A stretch of 64,000 bases of DNA from an uncultured Chloroflexia bacterium (GCA_963720315.1 CAVRFC010000002.1:1213167-1277166), one strand, 5' to 3'. Positions 17,499 through 28,100 are shown, numbered from the stretch's first letter. Numbers and translations are program-made. The notes: generated by a model from the sequence alone, not told the origin.

Positions 17499-19411
17499 GG
17501 TGCGGGGCTGGCGACCGGCAGGTCGCTCGAGGACGGCGCCCCAGCCGACGGCTTCATCGTCACGGTAGCCCGAGGCGTCGTCGACGGCCGCACCGACCCC
17601 GACGGCGACGGCGAGCCGTCAGACGCCGCGTCGGTCTGGCCCACGATCTCGAGCGTGACCCGCGACTCGATACCCGAAATCGTCGTGACCCACTCCGGCC
17701 ACGGGGTGATCACGACGTCGCCGAACTGACCGAGGATCGAGCGCGCCTCGGCGATCGTTCGACCCTCGATGGCAGCGAGCAGCTCCACCGGGTCGAGGAT
17801 CGGGACGCGTCGCGCCTTGGCGGTCACCGGGAACGAGACCTCGCCGCCCGTGACGGTCGGATCGCCCGGCGTGATCTCGACCGAGCCTTCGACGAGGCGG
17901 TGGTCGGCGCCGACGTTCGAGAGGAGCCGGGTCTCGGCGATGTCGATGACCGGCGAGGAATCGACCGCGATCACCGTCCCGCTAGCCGTTAGCCCGAGCT
18001 CGAAGGTCGCGACCTCCTTGCCGACGAGCGTGGCCGGATCGACCGTCGGCGTCGAATCGCCAAGCTCCGCCGTCTCGGCGAAGACCGTGGCGTTCGCCGG
18101 AGCGCCCGCGCCATCGGCCAGGGCAGCCTCGAAGTCGTCGGCGAGCTTCGCCTCGAGGGCCACGATGGCCGCGTCGACATCCTCCTGGCCGATCCGTGGG
18201 AACTCCTCGTGGGTCCCGCCGGCGGTCGGGTTGGGGTTCCTGACCTTGGTCAGCTCCGGGTCTTCGTCCCGCGGGACGACAGTGATGGCGTTTGTTTGCA
18301 CGTTTCCGGCCGTCCCCAACTTGACGGCGACGACGCCGACGCTCTTGGACGACGGTCGGATCTCGATCGGCGTCCCGGGGATGATCGTGGCCCTCGGCAG
18401 CGTGATCGTCGCCGTCGTCTGGAACGCGATGCCGCCTTCGGTCGAGACGATGCTGCCCTTCGCGATCGTGTTCTCGGCGCCCGAGTTCAGGCTCTGGAAC
18501 ACGACCTCCCCGGCGGCCTGTTCCTCCTCGACCCGCTTGTCGGTGGCGGGGAACGTATCCGACGCGGAGACGGGTACCTCCAGGCGCTGAGCCGGGACGA
18601 GGTTCTCTGCCGCGTTCGGGGACGTGATGTCCGGGTCCGCCCGGACGACGAGGGCGATCGGGCCGATGCTCTCCGGGCGAGGCGTCACGACGATCTCGGC
18701 CGAGGGCAGGAAGAGGAACGCGCCGACGCCGGCCACGACAAGGGCGAGCACCGCGACGGCCGCGATGACGACGGCCGGGGCACCGATCTGTGGCAGCGAC
18801 TGGCCCCTGACCACGGCGATACGACTCGGGGCCGACGCTACAGGCGAGCCGGCGGGCGCCGGTGCGGACGTTTGAGACCGCGGCATTGCGGGACTTGCGA
18901 CCGCGACCGTCGGAGCCGGAGCCAGGGGCAACATGGCCTGCTCCGGCGCGACGGATTTCGCGGCCTTTCGGCGCGCTGTTGAGGTTGTGGCGGCCGCCGT
19001 GCTGGTCGCGGTGTCCGCGGCGATCGCCGTGGCCGCGAGAGCGGCCGCCGACGCGGACGGCGTGGACGTCGCGGGAATGGCCGGGGCGGTGATCACCGCC
19101 TGCGCGCCATCGGATGCCGATACGCCCAAGGTCCCGGCGGCAGCCGCGTCCCATTCGGCGACGCTCGCGAACACCGGCAGACCGGCCGATGCCGCGAGTG
19201 CCCGCGTCGCAGGATCCGTGGCGACGATCGACAGCCGCCGATTGTTGACGACCGCCTCGCGTGACAGGAGACGGAAGTTCATCCGCGACGTCGCGATCCG
19301 CGAGCCGTATGGCACGACGAGGGCGACCTTCGTCGCCTCGGACCCGCGGATGCGGGCGGCCGCGGATGTGATTTCGTCGTCGACGTCGAGAAAGACGGTG
19401 CCGGTCGCCAT
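17495..19411 (-). CDS. Hypothetical 638-aa single-pass membrane protein (N-terminal cytoplasmic domain, Ala/Ser/Thr-rich linker, TM, large extracytoplasmic beta-rich region)
   Basis: ORF 17495..19411 has protein-like composition throughout. The N-terminus reads [67 protein letters not shown]. The TM segment is [25 protein letters not shown]. From memory only, relatives are sometimes annotated baseplate J-like. This was not verified. Confidence 0.7.
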   Translation of the reverse strand: MATGTVFLDVDDEITSAAARIRGSEATKVALVVPYGSRIATSRMNFRLLSREAVVNNRRLSIVATDPATRALAASAGLPVFASVAEWDAAAAGTLGVSASDGAQAVITAPAIPATSTPSASAAALAATAIAADTATSTAAATTSTARRKAAKSVAPEQAMLPLAPAPTVAVASPAMPRSQTSAPAPAGSPVASAPSRIAVVRGQSLPQIGAPAVVIAAVAVLALVVAGVGAFLFLPSAEIVVTPRPESIGPIALVVRADPDITSPNAAENLVPAQRLEVPVSASDTFPATDKRVEEEQAAGEVVFQSLNSGAENTIAKGSIVSTEGGIAFQTTATITLPRATIIPGTPIEIRPSSKSVGVVAVKLGTAGNVQTNAITVVPRDEDPELTKVRNPNPTAGGTHEEFPRIGQEDVDAAIVALEAKLADDFEAALADGAGAPANATVFAETAELGDSTPTVDPATLVGKEVATFELGLTASGTVIAVDSSPVIDIAETRLLSNVGADHRLVEGSVEITPGDPTVTGGEVSFPVTAKARRVPILDPVELLAAIEGRTIAEARSILGQFGDVVITPWPEWVTTISGIESRVTLEIVGQTDAASDGSPSPSGSVRPSTTPRATVTMKPSAGAPSSSDLPVASPAP

Positions 19412-19421
19412 CGATGAGAGC

Positions 19422-20685
19422 CTAGACCTTCATCGCGCGGAGGACCCGGCGGAGGGCGGCGTCGAGCGGATCTTCGGTCGTTTGGAGCTCGATCGCCTGG
19501 TAGGCAAGTCCGAGCGGCGTCACGTCCTGCTGATCGACAAGGAGGTTCGTCGCGTCAGAGATCGTCTCGATCTGGTCGGGGGCCATCACGACGACCTCCG
19601 GCGGCCTGGCGAACGAGAGGCGCTTCCAGAAGCGCTCGTTGGCGATCGCCTCGCGGATCTCGGGGAGTCGGGAGCCGCCGCCGCAAATGTAAATCCGGCT
19701 CGGCAGCAGGTCGCCGCCGCCGAGCTCCTCCATGACTAGCTCGACCCCAGCGGCCCAGACCTCGACGTCGTCGGCGACGATCTTGGCGATCTCGTCGCGT
19801 CGCTCCACGCTGAGGCCCCGAGCGTAGTCGACCTTCGTCGAATTCGGCGCGCGGAAACGGTAGATCGAGCCGATCGGCCAGGGACTTCGTGAAGGCGCGC
19901 CCACCGAGGGCGAACATCCGCGTCCCCTCGATGCCGCCGGATCGGACCAGGGCGACGTCGGTCGTCCCGCCGCCGACGTCGACGAACAGGGCACCGGCCT
20001 GGCGGATCGATTCGGAGCCGAGGACGCGGGCGACCGCGTACGGCTCGGCCACAACTTCGAGCAGCTCGAGATCGAGCTGCGACGTGACGCTCTGGAGGGC
20101 GCCGAGATGCACGAGCGGGGCGAACGCATTGAAGATCCCGATCTTCACGTGACGACCCTGAAACCCGACGGGGTTCGTAAGCGCGTAGCCGTCGATCGCG
20201 GCCCCGACGACGGCGGCGTGGACGAGGCGGACGTCGACGTTTGGGAGGCCGGTCTCCCAGGTGATCGAGCGTTCGGCTTCCCGGAGAGCTTCGCGCTGGA
20301 CGAAGTCAATGAGCTTCTGGAGCTCGGACTCGCTGATCGGCTGGTCCGGCTTCTTGCGCTCCTGGCTGTGGGTCGTGGTGAAGCCCTTGACCAGCTCGCC
20401 GGCGATCCCGACGACGACCTGGCTCGGCCGGAAGCCGGCCATCTCCTCGGCCTCCTGGAGGGCGACCGCGCAGTTGTCGACGACCGCGGGGATGTCCGCG
20501 ACGGTGCCGGATTGCATGTGGCTGAGGCCCTGGCGCTTCCGTCCGACGCCGCGAACCGTCCCGTGGCCGTCATCGCCGATCTCGAAGACGAGGGCCTTGG
20601 CGAACTCGGTCCCGATGTCGAGTGCCGTGCAGATGGCGAGCGACTCACCGCCGTCCCGCTGGAGGATCTTCCGCCAGAAGGCCAT
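19422..20685 (-). CDS. FtsA/PilM-family actin-like ATPase, one apparent frameshift
   Basis: ORF 19555..20685 (..TALDIGTEFAKALVFEI..ALFVDVGGGTTDVALVRSGGIEGTRMFALGGRAFTKSLADRLDLPFPRAE) continues in the frame of ORF 19422..20129 (KVDYARGLSVERRDEIAKIV..SRIYICGGGSRLPEIREAI..). The frames swap near 19828-19845. Confidence 0.75.
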
Positions 20686-21267
20686 TCAGGCGTTCCAGGC
20701 GGGGACGACGAGGTCGCCGGTAACGAGCCGCGTGCCGAGGACCACGAAGAATGTCGTCGACGCCCCGAGAAGTAGCGCGCCGCCAAGCGCGGAGAGCGGA
20801 TGCCGCTCGTTGCCAACGGCGAACCCATATCCGATCGCCACGAACCCAATACCTGACCCGATTGCCAGCCAGGCGAGCGCGCCCTCGAGTGCCGTGTGCC
20901 CGGCGAGCAGGCCGCTGGCGATGTACCACAGCCCGATGACCGCTCCACCGAACAGTACCCGCGCCTTCGTCTGCTCGTACGTCACCCGCCGGGCAACGAG
21001 CAACGCCTGGAGTGCGGCCACGAGCAGCATCGCGCCGATCCCGATCGCCGCCACGGGCAGGACGACCGTCGTGACTGTCTCCGTCTCGATCGTAGCGACA
21101 AGCAGTGCGACCGGGACCATCGCGAGCATCAGGACGACGCTGCTCGCGTCGTTCAGCCTGCCCCACGGCTCGCCACGCGAGAAGAAGAGAACGAGCGTTA
21201 CGGCACCGACGACGGTCGCCGCCGCCGCGACGAGCGCAGTCCAACCCGCGACGACCTCCGGCGTCAC
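20686..21267 (-). CDS. Hypothetical polytopic membrane protein (193 aa)
   Basis: ORF 20686..21267 has about six hydrophobic helices. Its GTG overlaps the alaS stop (GTGA), and its stop abuts the ATG of the FtsA-like gene. Confidence 0.6.
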   Translation of the reverse strand: MTPEVVAGWTALVAAAATVVGAVTLVLFFSRGEPWGRLNDASSVVLMLAMVPVALLVATIETETVTTVVLPVAAIGIGAMLLVAALQALLVARRVTYEQTKARVLFGGAVIGLWYIASGLLAGHTALEGALAWLAIGSGIGFVAIGYGFAVGNERHPLSALGGALLLGASTTFFVVLGTRLVTGDLVVPAWNA

Positions 21268-24026
21268 GCCGGGCTTCCGACCGTTCGCGTCACCGTGGCT
21301 TCGATCGTGGCAAGTGCCTCAGGCAGCCCTTCCCGGCGCGAGCCTTTGCCCTGGGCCATCTCGGGGCGGCCGCCACCTCGGCCGTCGATCGCCGCGACGG
21401 CCTCGCGGACGAGGTCCCCTGCCGAGACTCCGCGACCGACGAGGTCGTCGCTGACCGTCACGAAGATCTGCGGTTCGTCTGCGTCGAGGCCGAGGGCGAT
21501 GACGCCCGAGTCAAACACCCCGCGGACGTCCTTGGCGGCGGCCTTCAGGGCATCGATCGATTCGTACGGCCCGGCGAAGCTGACGAGGCTCACGCCCGGG
21601 GCCACCTCCTGGGACGCCGCGGCGAGCTCGCCTGGCTTGGGCAGCCCCGCTCCGCCGGCCGACTTGAGTCGACGCCTCGTCTCGCGAAGCTCGTCCTGAA
21701 GCGCCCGAATGCGGTCGGGTAGGGCCTCCGCCGACTGGGCGCCGGCGGTCTCGGTCGCGGCCTCGAGCGTCGCAAGCCGCGCGTCGAGCCAGGCGTCCGC
21801 TCCGGCACCCGTGAGGGCCTCGATCCGCCGCATCCCCGAGCCGATCGATCGCTCGCCCGTGATGACGAAGCTGCCGATCTGGCCGGTCGCGCGGCAGTGC
21901 GTCCCGCCGCACAACTCGTGGCTGTAGCCCTCGATCCGGACGGTCCGGACGGTCTCGCCGTACTTCTCGTCGAAGAACGCATCGGCGCCGGCAGCGACGG
22001 CCTCCTGCATCGTCATGAAGCTGGGTGAAACTGTTCGGTCGTCGCGGATGACGCGCCGCACCTCCGCCTCGATCGCCGACAGCTCGTCCCGCTCGAATCC
22101 CCGATCCAAGGGAAAGTCGAACCGGAGGTAATCCGGGGTCACGAGGGAGCCCGCCTGGCGGGCACCCTCTCCGACGACGTTGCGGAGCGCCCGATGGAGC
22201 AGATGCGTTCCCGTGTGGTTGCGCATCGTGTGGGCGCGCCGCTCCGCGTCGACGACGGCGTCGACCGTCTCGCCGACCCGGAGCCGCCCGTGAAGGGTCC
22301 CGCGATGGACGATCAGCCCGCCAAGCGGCCGCTGGGTGTCGTTCACGGCGAACAACGGCGACCCGCCGCCGGCCTCGCGGAGCTCGCCGCGGTCGCCGAT
22401 CTGGCCGCCGCCCTCGGCGTAGAAGGGGTCCGATCGAGCACGACCTCCGCCTCGCCCTGGCCGGTCAGCTCATCGAACTCGATGCCGTCACGGACGATCG
22501 CGACGACCCGGCCCTGCGCCTCCGTGCCCTCGTAGCCCAGGAACTGCGTGTCGCCAGCCCGAGCGTGGATCGCGCCGTAGAGCGCCGCGGTCTCGGCCTG
22601 CTTGGACAACTCAGCCTTCTTGCCGCTCCGGCTCCGTTCCCGCTGCTCGGCGAGGGCTGCCTCGAACCCCTCGCGATCGACCCGGACGCCATATTCCGCG
22701 GCCAGCTCGACGGTCAGGTCGAACGGGAACCCGAATGTGTCGTGGAGCTTGAAGGCAACGTCGCCCAGCAGGACCGGAGCGTCCGGAAGCAGGTCCTCGG
22801 CGCGGCGGCCGACGGTCCGCTCGCGTGGCCGCGATCCCTGCGAGAGCTTCTTCGAGCAGCTTCGTGCCCGCGTCGAGGGTCCGGCCGAACTGGGCCTCTT
22901 CCCGCCCGATCGCCGCGAGGATCTCGTCCCGCCGCTCGAGCAGGTGCGGGTAGGCGTCGCCCATCGTGTCGATGACGACCGTGGCGGTCTCTGCCATGAA
23001 CGGCTCGCGGCGCCCGAGCAACCTGCCGTGGCGGACGGCGCGGCGAAGAATCCGTCGGAGGACGTAGCCGCGGCCCTCGTTCGACGGCAGGACGCCGTCG
23101 GCGACGAGGAACGTCACGGCCCGCGAGTGATCGGCGATCACCTGGTAGCTGAAGCGCTCGGCTTCGAAGGCGTCCGGGTCGTGGCCCAGCAGCTCGCGCA
23201 TCCGGGCGTGGATCGGTTGGAAGATGTCAATGTCGTAGTTGGTCGGGACCTGCTGCAGGACGCTGGCCAGGCGTTCGAGTCCGAGGCCAGTGTCGACGCT
23301 GGTGAACGGCAGCGGGTGGCGGCCGTCCGGCCGCTGGTCGAACTCCATGAAGACGAGGTTCCAGATCTCGAGCCAGCGGGGGCACGTCTCGCTGTGGTCG
23401 GGGACGCATTGCGGCCCCTCCGAGAACTCCACGCCTCGGTCGAAGTGGATCTCGCTGCACGGCCCGCACGGGCCCGTCTCGGCCATCCGCCAGAAGTTCT
23501 TGTCGTCGCCGGCGTCGACGTTGCCCCACTTCGCCATCCGCTCCGGCGGCAGCCCGATCTCGTCGCGCCAGACGTTCCAGGCGACCTCGTCGTCGGTGTA
23601 GGTCGTCGCGGCCAGTCGTTCCGGCGGGATCCCGAGATCCTTGGTCAGGAAGCCCCATGCCCAATGGATCGCATCGCGCTTGAAGTAGTCGCCGAAGCTC
23701 CAGTTGCCGAGCATCTCGAAGAACGTGTGATGCCGCGGCGTCCGGCCGACTTCCTCGAAATCGTTGTGCTTGCCGGCGACGCGCAGGACACGCTGGTAGT
23801 CGACCGCCCGGGTATAGGAGCGCTTCTCGGCACCGGTGAAGACGTCCTTGAACTGGACCATCCCGGAGTTCGTGAAGAGGAGCGTCTGGTCGCCCGCCGG
23901 AACGAGGCTCGCGCTGGGCACGATCGTGTGACCGCGCTCCTCGAAGTAGTCGAGAAACCGCCGGCGGATCTCGGCCGAGGACAGCGGCTTGATCCTTGCG
24001 TCGTGGGGGACGGGCGGACTCGGCAT
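21264..24026 (-). CDS. alaS: Alanine--tRNA ligase, reading frame broken by two apparent frameshifts
   Basis: Three collinear pieces make up the gene. The first runs from the ATG at 24026 in ORF 22611..24128 (MPSPPVPHDARIKPLSSAEIRRRFLDYFEERGHTIVPSASLVP..FTNSGMVQFKDVF..FEMLGNWSFGDYFK..). The middle frame was read manually (RTVGRRAEDLL..VAFKLHDTFGFPFDLTVELAAEYG..) and runs into ORF 22343..22609. The last is ORF 21264..22355 (..HTMRNHTGTHLLH..CGGTHC..DHHA1-like C-terminus). The switches are near 22818-22826 and 22423-22428. Confidence 0.9.
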
Positions 24027-24117
24027 CGGCCGCAATGGTACCGAACGGACGGTCGGCCGACCCGAGTGGTGCTGGGCGCCTGCTACAGTCCGGCGACGAC
24101 CACCCTGCGGAGCCCTG

Positions 24118-24480
24118 ATGCCCGTCATCGCGAACGTTCTCGTACTCGCCGTGGCCGCGATCCACGTCTACATCCTCGTTCTCGAGATGTTCCTGTGGCG
24201 CACGGAGCGCGGTCGCCGTTCATTCGGGACCGACCAGGCCTTCGCCGACCAGTCGGCAACGCTCGCCGCTAACCAGGGCCTCTACAACGGGATCCTCGCC
24301 GCGGGCCTCGTCTGGGGCGTTATCGCGCCTGATCCGGTGGGCTTCCAGGTGAAGCTGTTCTTCCTGGCGGCCGTCGCCATCGCCGGGATCTACGGCGCGG
24401 CGACCGTCAATCGCCGAATCCTGTTCGTCCAGACCGTGCCGGCCGTCGTGGCCCTCGTTGCGGTGCTGCTCGCGCGCTGA
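24118..24480 (+). CDS. DUF1304-like small membrane protein
   Basis: Read from the ATG at 24118 inside ORF 23989..24480: MPVIANVLVLAVAAIHVYILVLEMFLW..LAANQGLYNGILAAGLVWG.., with four hydrophobic helices. Confidence 0.65.
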   Translation: MPVIANVLVLAVAAIHVYILVLEMFLWRTERGRRSFGTDQAFADQSATLAANQGLYNGILAAGLVWGVIAPDPVGFQVKLFFLAAVAIAGIYGAATVNRRILFVQTVPAVVALVAVLLAR

Positions 24481-24483
24481 GGC

Positions 24484-24702
24484 CTAGAGACCGCCGGTCG
24501 GCCGATCGCGCTGCGCACCAGGCGCCGGCAGTCCCGGGCCGGCCTGGCGGCGCCGCTGCCAGATCGTCGAGCCGGCGATTGCGGCGCCGACGAGCGCTCC
24601 CAGGATCAGGCCCCGGGCGAATGTAGTGGCGCGCTGATCGTCGCCGGTCACGGCCTCGGCTGCCTGGCCCAGGCGTGCGATGAGGGAATCGTTGTCGCTC
24701 AC
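24484..24702 (-). CDS. Possible small membrane protein (72 aa)
   Basis: This is the tail of ORF 24484..24768 from the GTG at 24702 (VSDNDSLIARLGQAAEAVTGDDQRATTFARGLILGALVGAAIAGSTIWQRRRQ..). The GTG overlaps the upstream stop (GTGA). I recognise no homology. Confidence 0.4.
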   Translation of the reverse strand: MSDNDSLIARLGQAAEAVTGDDQRATTFARGLILGALVGAAIAGSTIWQRRRQAGPGLPAPGAQRDRPTGGL

Positions 24703-24980
24703 GGGCCTGCCTTCCTGCGCGTCGGGCCGAGGATCGCGACGATCGAGACGAAGGCGATCCCGACCCATGCCACCACCGATGCGGGCAGGAGCCGGAAGTC
24801 ACCGATCCTGAGGACGTCGATCCCGAGACGCGCCCCCACGGCGTCGCCCGCCCACGCCCCGAGGACCGCGGCGACCAGGAGGAGCGGCAGCTGGCCGCCC
24901 GCGGAGCCGCGAATGAGGACGTACAGGCTGGTGTGAAAGAGGCCGACGAGGAAGGCGAGGATCGGCGCTGGGCCGATCAT
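24699..24980 (-). CDS. Small membrane protein (93 aa)
   Basis: Read from the ATG at 24980 inside ORF 24699..25094: [49 protein letters not shown].., with three hydrophobic helices. The ATG overlaps the mnmA stop (ATGA). Confidence 0.5.
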   Translation of the reverse strand: MIGPAPILAFLVGLFHTSLYVLIRGSAGGQLPLLLVAAVLGAWAGDAVGARLGIDVLRIGDFRLLPASVVAWVGIAFVSIVAILGPTRRKAGP

Positions 24981-26116
24981 CAGGCGCTCGCCCGTAGCTC
25001 GGGCGCGTCGGCGCCAGGACGAGCGATCCGGCCACCACCGAGGACGATCTCGCCGTCGTACAGGACGCATGCCTGGCCGGGCGCGGCGGCCCACACAGGG
25101 TCGTCGGTCTCCACGATCCAGCGGCCGCCGCGGGCGGGTTCGGCAGATGACGCGGGGCGGATCGTGGCGGGGATCGGCGTCGCGCGATGGCGGATCCGGG
25201 CCTCGGCGCGGAAGGTGCCGTCGGGAGCCGCCGGCGGGCCACCGGCGACGAAGCTGACGCGCTCGAGAGGAATCGTCGTCGTCTCGAGATCCTCGCGGCG
25301 GCCGAGCTGGATCGTATTACTGAGGGATCGATGCGGCTGACATAGCGGGGCTCGCCGAGCGCGACCCCGAGTCCCTGCCGCTGACCGACGGTGTAGGCCG
25401 CCGACGCCGCGGTGCTCCCCCACTCTGTCGCCGCCGACATCGAGCAGCGGCCCCGGCTCGGGCCGCCAGCCCGCTCGCTCCCGGAGCGCCTCGCGATAGT
25501 CGCCGCCGGGGACGAAGCAGATCTCCTGGCTCTCGGGCTTGTCGGCGGTCACGAGATCGAGCGAGCGGGCGACCGACCGGACCTCGGGCTTGGTCAGCTC
25601 GCCGAGCGGGAAACGGGCGTGCTCGAGCTGGTCCTGGCGGAGCCCGTACAGGAAATACGTCTGGTCCTTGTCGCCGTCGCGGGCGCGAGCGAGGCGAACT
25701 GCGCCGTCGTCGGCGACCACCCGCCGCGCGTAATGGCCGGTCGCCACCGCATCGCAGTCGTACAGGTGACGCGCCCGTCCCAGCAGGGCCCCGAACTTGA
25801 CGTACGTATTGCAGTCGACACAGGGACTCGGGGTCCGGCCGTCGAGATACGCGTCGAGGAACGGCTGAAGGACCCCGGCGTCGAACTCGCGCTCCAGGTT
25901 CATGACGTAGAACGGGATCCCGAGCTGACCGGCGACCCGGCGCGCGTCGTCCGCCGCATCCAGCGAGCAGCAGCTCTTCTTGAACTCCGAGTACGAATCC
26001 GCGACGTCATGGAGCCGCATCCAGACACCAACGACGTCATGACCCTGCTCGGCGACAAGCGCCGCAGCAACGGACGAGTCGACGCCCCCCGACATCGCCA
26101 CGAGGATCCGGCTCAC
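24980..26116 (-). CDS. mnmA: tRNA 2-thiouridine(34) synthase MnmA, with an internal out-of-frame segment (two compensating frameshifts)
   Basis: Read from the GTG at 26116 in ORF 24980..26329: [20 protein letters not shown] (PP-loop)..[33 protein letters not shown]... The conserved [25 protein letters not shown] motif is only readable in the frame of ORF 24799..25440, between about 25400 and 25320. Confidence 0.85.
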   Translation of the reverse strand: MSRILVAMSGGVDSSVAAALVAEQGHDVVGVWMRLHDVADSYSEFKKSCCSLDAADDARRVAGQLGIPFYVMNLEREFDAGVLQPFLDAYLDGRTPSPCVDCNTYVKFGALLGRARHLYDCDAVATGHYARRVVADDGAVRLARARDGDKDQTYFLYGLRQDQLEHARFPLGELTKPEVRSVARSLDLVTADKPESQEICFVPGGDYREALRERAGWRPEPGPLLDVGGDRVGEHRGVGGLHRRSAAGTRGRARRAPLCQPHRSLSNTIQLGRREDLETTTIPLERVSFVAGGPPAAPDGTFRAEARIRHRATPIPATIRPASSAEPARGGRWIVETDDPVWAAAPGQACVLYDGEIVLGGGRIARPGADAPELRASA

Positions 26117-27297
26117 ACGCCCACGCCCTGACCGAGCGGATCGGCCGCAACAGCCGCGGATCCCAGGCGCATCGAGGCGAGGACCCGCGGCACGACCTCG
26201 CAGGCCGTGTCGATCTCGGCATCGGTGGTCGTCCGGCCGAGGGACAGCCGGAGCGCCCCGCGCGCCTCCTCGTCCGGGTAGCCCATCGCCGACAGGACGT
26301 GCGACACCTCGGTCGAACCCGTTGTGCACGCCGAACCCACCGAACAGGCGATCCCCTCGAGGTCGAGCGACAGCGTCACCGACGCGCCGTCGGTGTCACG
26401 GGCGATGATCGAGAGGAGGCCCGGCAGGCGCTCCTTCGGATGACCCGTCAGCTCGGCGCCCTCGACCGCGAGCACGGCCTGCTTGAGCCGATCGCGCTGC
26501 CGGCGCAGGCGCTTGACGGTCTCCGGTCGCTCCTCGCAGGAGAGGTCGTACGCCGCCGCGAGCCCGACGGCCCCGGCGACGTTCTCCGTTCCGGCCCGGC
26601 GGTGCCGCTCCTGCTCGCCGCCCTGCTGCTGGGCGAGGATGTGCGTGCCGTGACGGAGGTAGAGCGCGCCGACGCCCTTCGGGCCCTCGAACTTGTGGGC
26701 GGCGATCGAGAGCATGTCAACGCCCAGCGCCTCGACGTCGAGATCGATGTACGGCGCGCCCTGGACCGCGTCGACGGCCATGAGGACGCCCTTGTGGGCG
26801 TGCACCCGGCGGGCGATCTCGGCGATTCGCTGGACGGTGCCGACCTCGTTGTTCGCCAACATGACGGAGACGAGGATCGTCTTGTCGGTGATCGCCGCAT
26901 CCAGCTCGTTCGGGTCGATCCGCCCGTAGCGGTCGACGGCGACCTCGACGACCTCGAAGCCGAACCGCTCGAGGTACTTGAGGGTGTGACTGACCGCGTG
27001 GTGCTCCACGGGCGAGGTCACGATCCGGTGGCCACGGGCCTTGCCCGCCCATGCGGCGCCCTTGATCGCGAGGTTGTTGGCCTCGGTGCCGCCCGACGTG
27101 AAAATGATCTCCCGCGGTTCCGCGTGGAGGCGCGTCGCGACGCGCTCGTGGGCCTCGTCCAGGGCAGCCCGCGCCTTGCGCCCGAACGCGTGGGCGGACG
27201 ACGGATTCCCGAACTGCTCGGTCAGGAACGGGAGCATCGCGTCGAGCGCTTCGGGGCGCAGCGGCGTCGTGGCGGCGTGATCGAGGTAGATCGCCAT
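26113..27297 (-). CDS. iscS: Cysteine desulfurase (IscS/NifS family, class V aminotransferase)
   Basis: Read from the ATG at 27297 in ORF 26113..27363: [76 protein letters not shown]. Adjacency to mnmA is conserved synteny. Confidence 0.85.
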   Translation of the reverse strand: MAIYLDHAATTPLRPEALDAMLPFLTEQFGNPSSAHAFGRKARAALDEAHERVATRLHAEPREIIFTSGGTEANNLAIKGAAWAGKARGHRIVTSPVEHHAVSHTLKYLERFGFEVVEVAVDRYGRIDPNELDAAITDKTILVSVMLANNEVGTVQRIAEIARRVHAHKGVLMAVDAVQGAPYIDLDVEALGVDMLSIAAHKFEGPKGVGALYLRHGTHILAQQQGGEQERHRRAGTENVAGAVGLAAAYDLSCEERPETVKRLRRQRDRLKQAVLAVEGAELTGHPKERLPGLLSIIARDTDGASVTLSLDLEGIACSVGSACTTGSTEVSHVLSAMGYPDEEARGALRLSLGRTTTDAEIDTACEVVPRVLASMRLGSAAVAADPLGQGVGV

Positions 27298-27356
27298 GGG
27301 TCGCGATTGTACGCCGCGTCGCGGGCCTGGCCGACCCGGGAGAATAGGCTGTCTGG

Positions 27357-27893
27357 GTGTCATCGCCGCGGACCGTTGCCCAAACCCCTCGCTTGACTCT
27401 CCGAGAGCTCACATTCGACGACGTCGACGCACTCCTCGAGGTCCTCGGCGACCCGATCGCGATGGAGCACTATCCGGCGCCGAAGACGCGGGCCGAGACC
27501 GAAGGCTGGATCGCCTGGGCTCGCGAGAGCTATCTACGCAACGGCTTCGGGCTGTGGGCCGTCGAGCGGTCCGCCGACGGCGCCTTTCTCGGTGACTGCG
27601 GCCCGATGCTCCAGCCCGTCGAAGGCGAACTAGTGCCGGAGATCGGTTATCACATCGTCCGGCGTGAATGGGGCAGCGGCTATGCGACCGAGGCGGCCGT
27701 CGCCTGCCGCAAGCTAGTGCTCGACGAGCTCGGGTTCGATCGCGTCGTCTCGATTGTCGCCCCGGAGAACCTGGCCTCGCGCCGCGTCGCCGAGAAGGTT
27801 CACGACACGATGCGCGAATTCACGTGGGAGAAGAGCGGCCGGGCGATGTGCTTGTTCGAGTCGCGCCGGCCCTCGCCGTCTCCGGCGGCGTGA
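27357..27893 (+). CDS. GNAT family N-acetyltransferase (RimJ/RimL-like)
   Basis: ORF 27357..27893: TPRLTLRELTFDDVDALLEVLGDP..GFGLWAVERSADGAFLGDCG..IGYHIVRREWGSGYATEAA..VVSIVAPENLASRRVAEKV. Confidence 0.8.
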   Translation: MSSPRTVAQTPRLTLRELTFDDVDALLEVLGDPIAMEHYPAPKTRAETEGWIAWARESYLRNGFGLWAVERSADGAFLGDCGPMLQPVEGELVPEIGYHIVRREWGSGYATEAAVACRKLVLDELGFDRVVSIVAPENLASRRVAEKVHDTMREFTWEKSGRAMCLFESRRPSPSPAA

Positions 27894-27926
27894 CGCTGTG
27901 CGGTCGATGCGCCGCTCGTCGGCGCG

Positions 27927-28100
27927 TGGTCCGGCTGGCGTGACAATGGGCGAACGGCGGCGGGCTCATTGGACGCGTTGGTCCGGCTGGCGTGACAACG
28001 GGCGAACGGCGGCGGGCTCGTTGGTCGGTTGGTCCGGCTGGCGTGACAACGGGCGAACGGCGGCGGGCTCGTTGGTCGGTTGGTCCGGCAGGCGTGACAG
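27927..28100. repeat. Tandem array, 3.4 copies of a 51-52-bp unit of the palindromic repeat family
   Basis: Units start at 27927, 27979, 28030 and 28081 (the last is partial): TGGTCCGGCTGGCGTGACAA(T/C)GGGCGAACGGCGGCGGGCTC(A/G)TTGG(A/T)CG(C)GT. The array fills the gap between the convergent stops of the GNAT gene (27893) and typA (28119). Confidence 0.85.

Noticed and set aside
27927-28100. A CRISPR array interpretation of the 27.9-kb and 49.3-kb repeat clusters.
   Set aside because: There are only 3-4 units. At 27.9 kb the whole 51-52-bp period is conserved, so there are no unique spacers. At 49.3 kb the conserved part is a palindrome whose loop varies. No cas genes are in the window. Tandem or REP-like repeats fit better.
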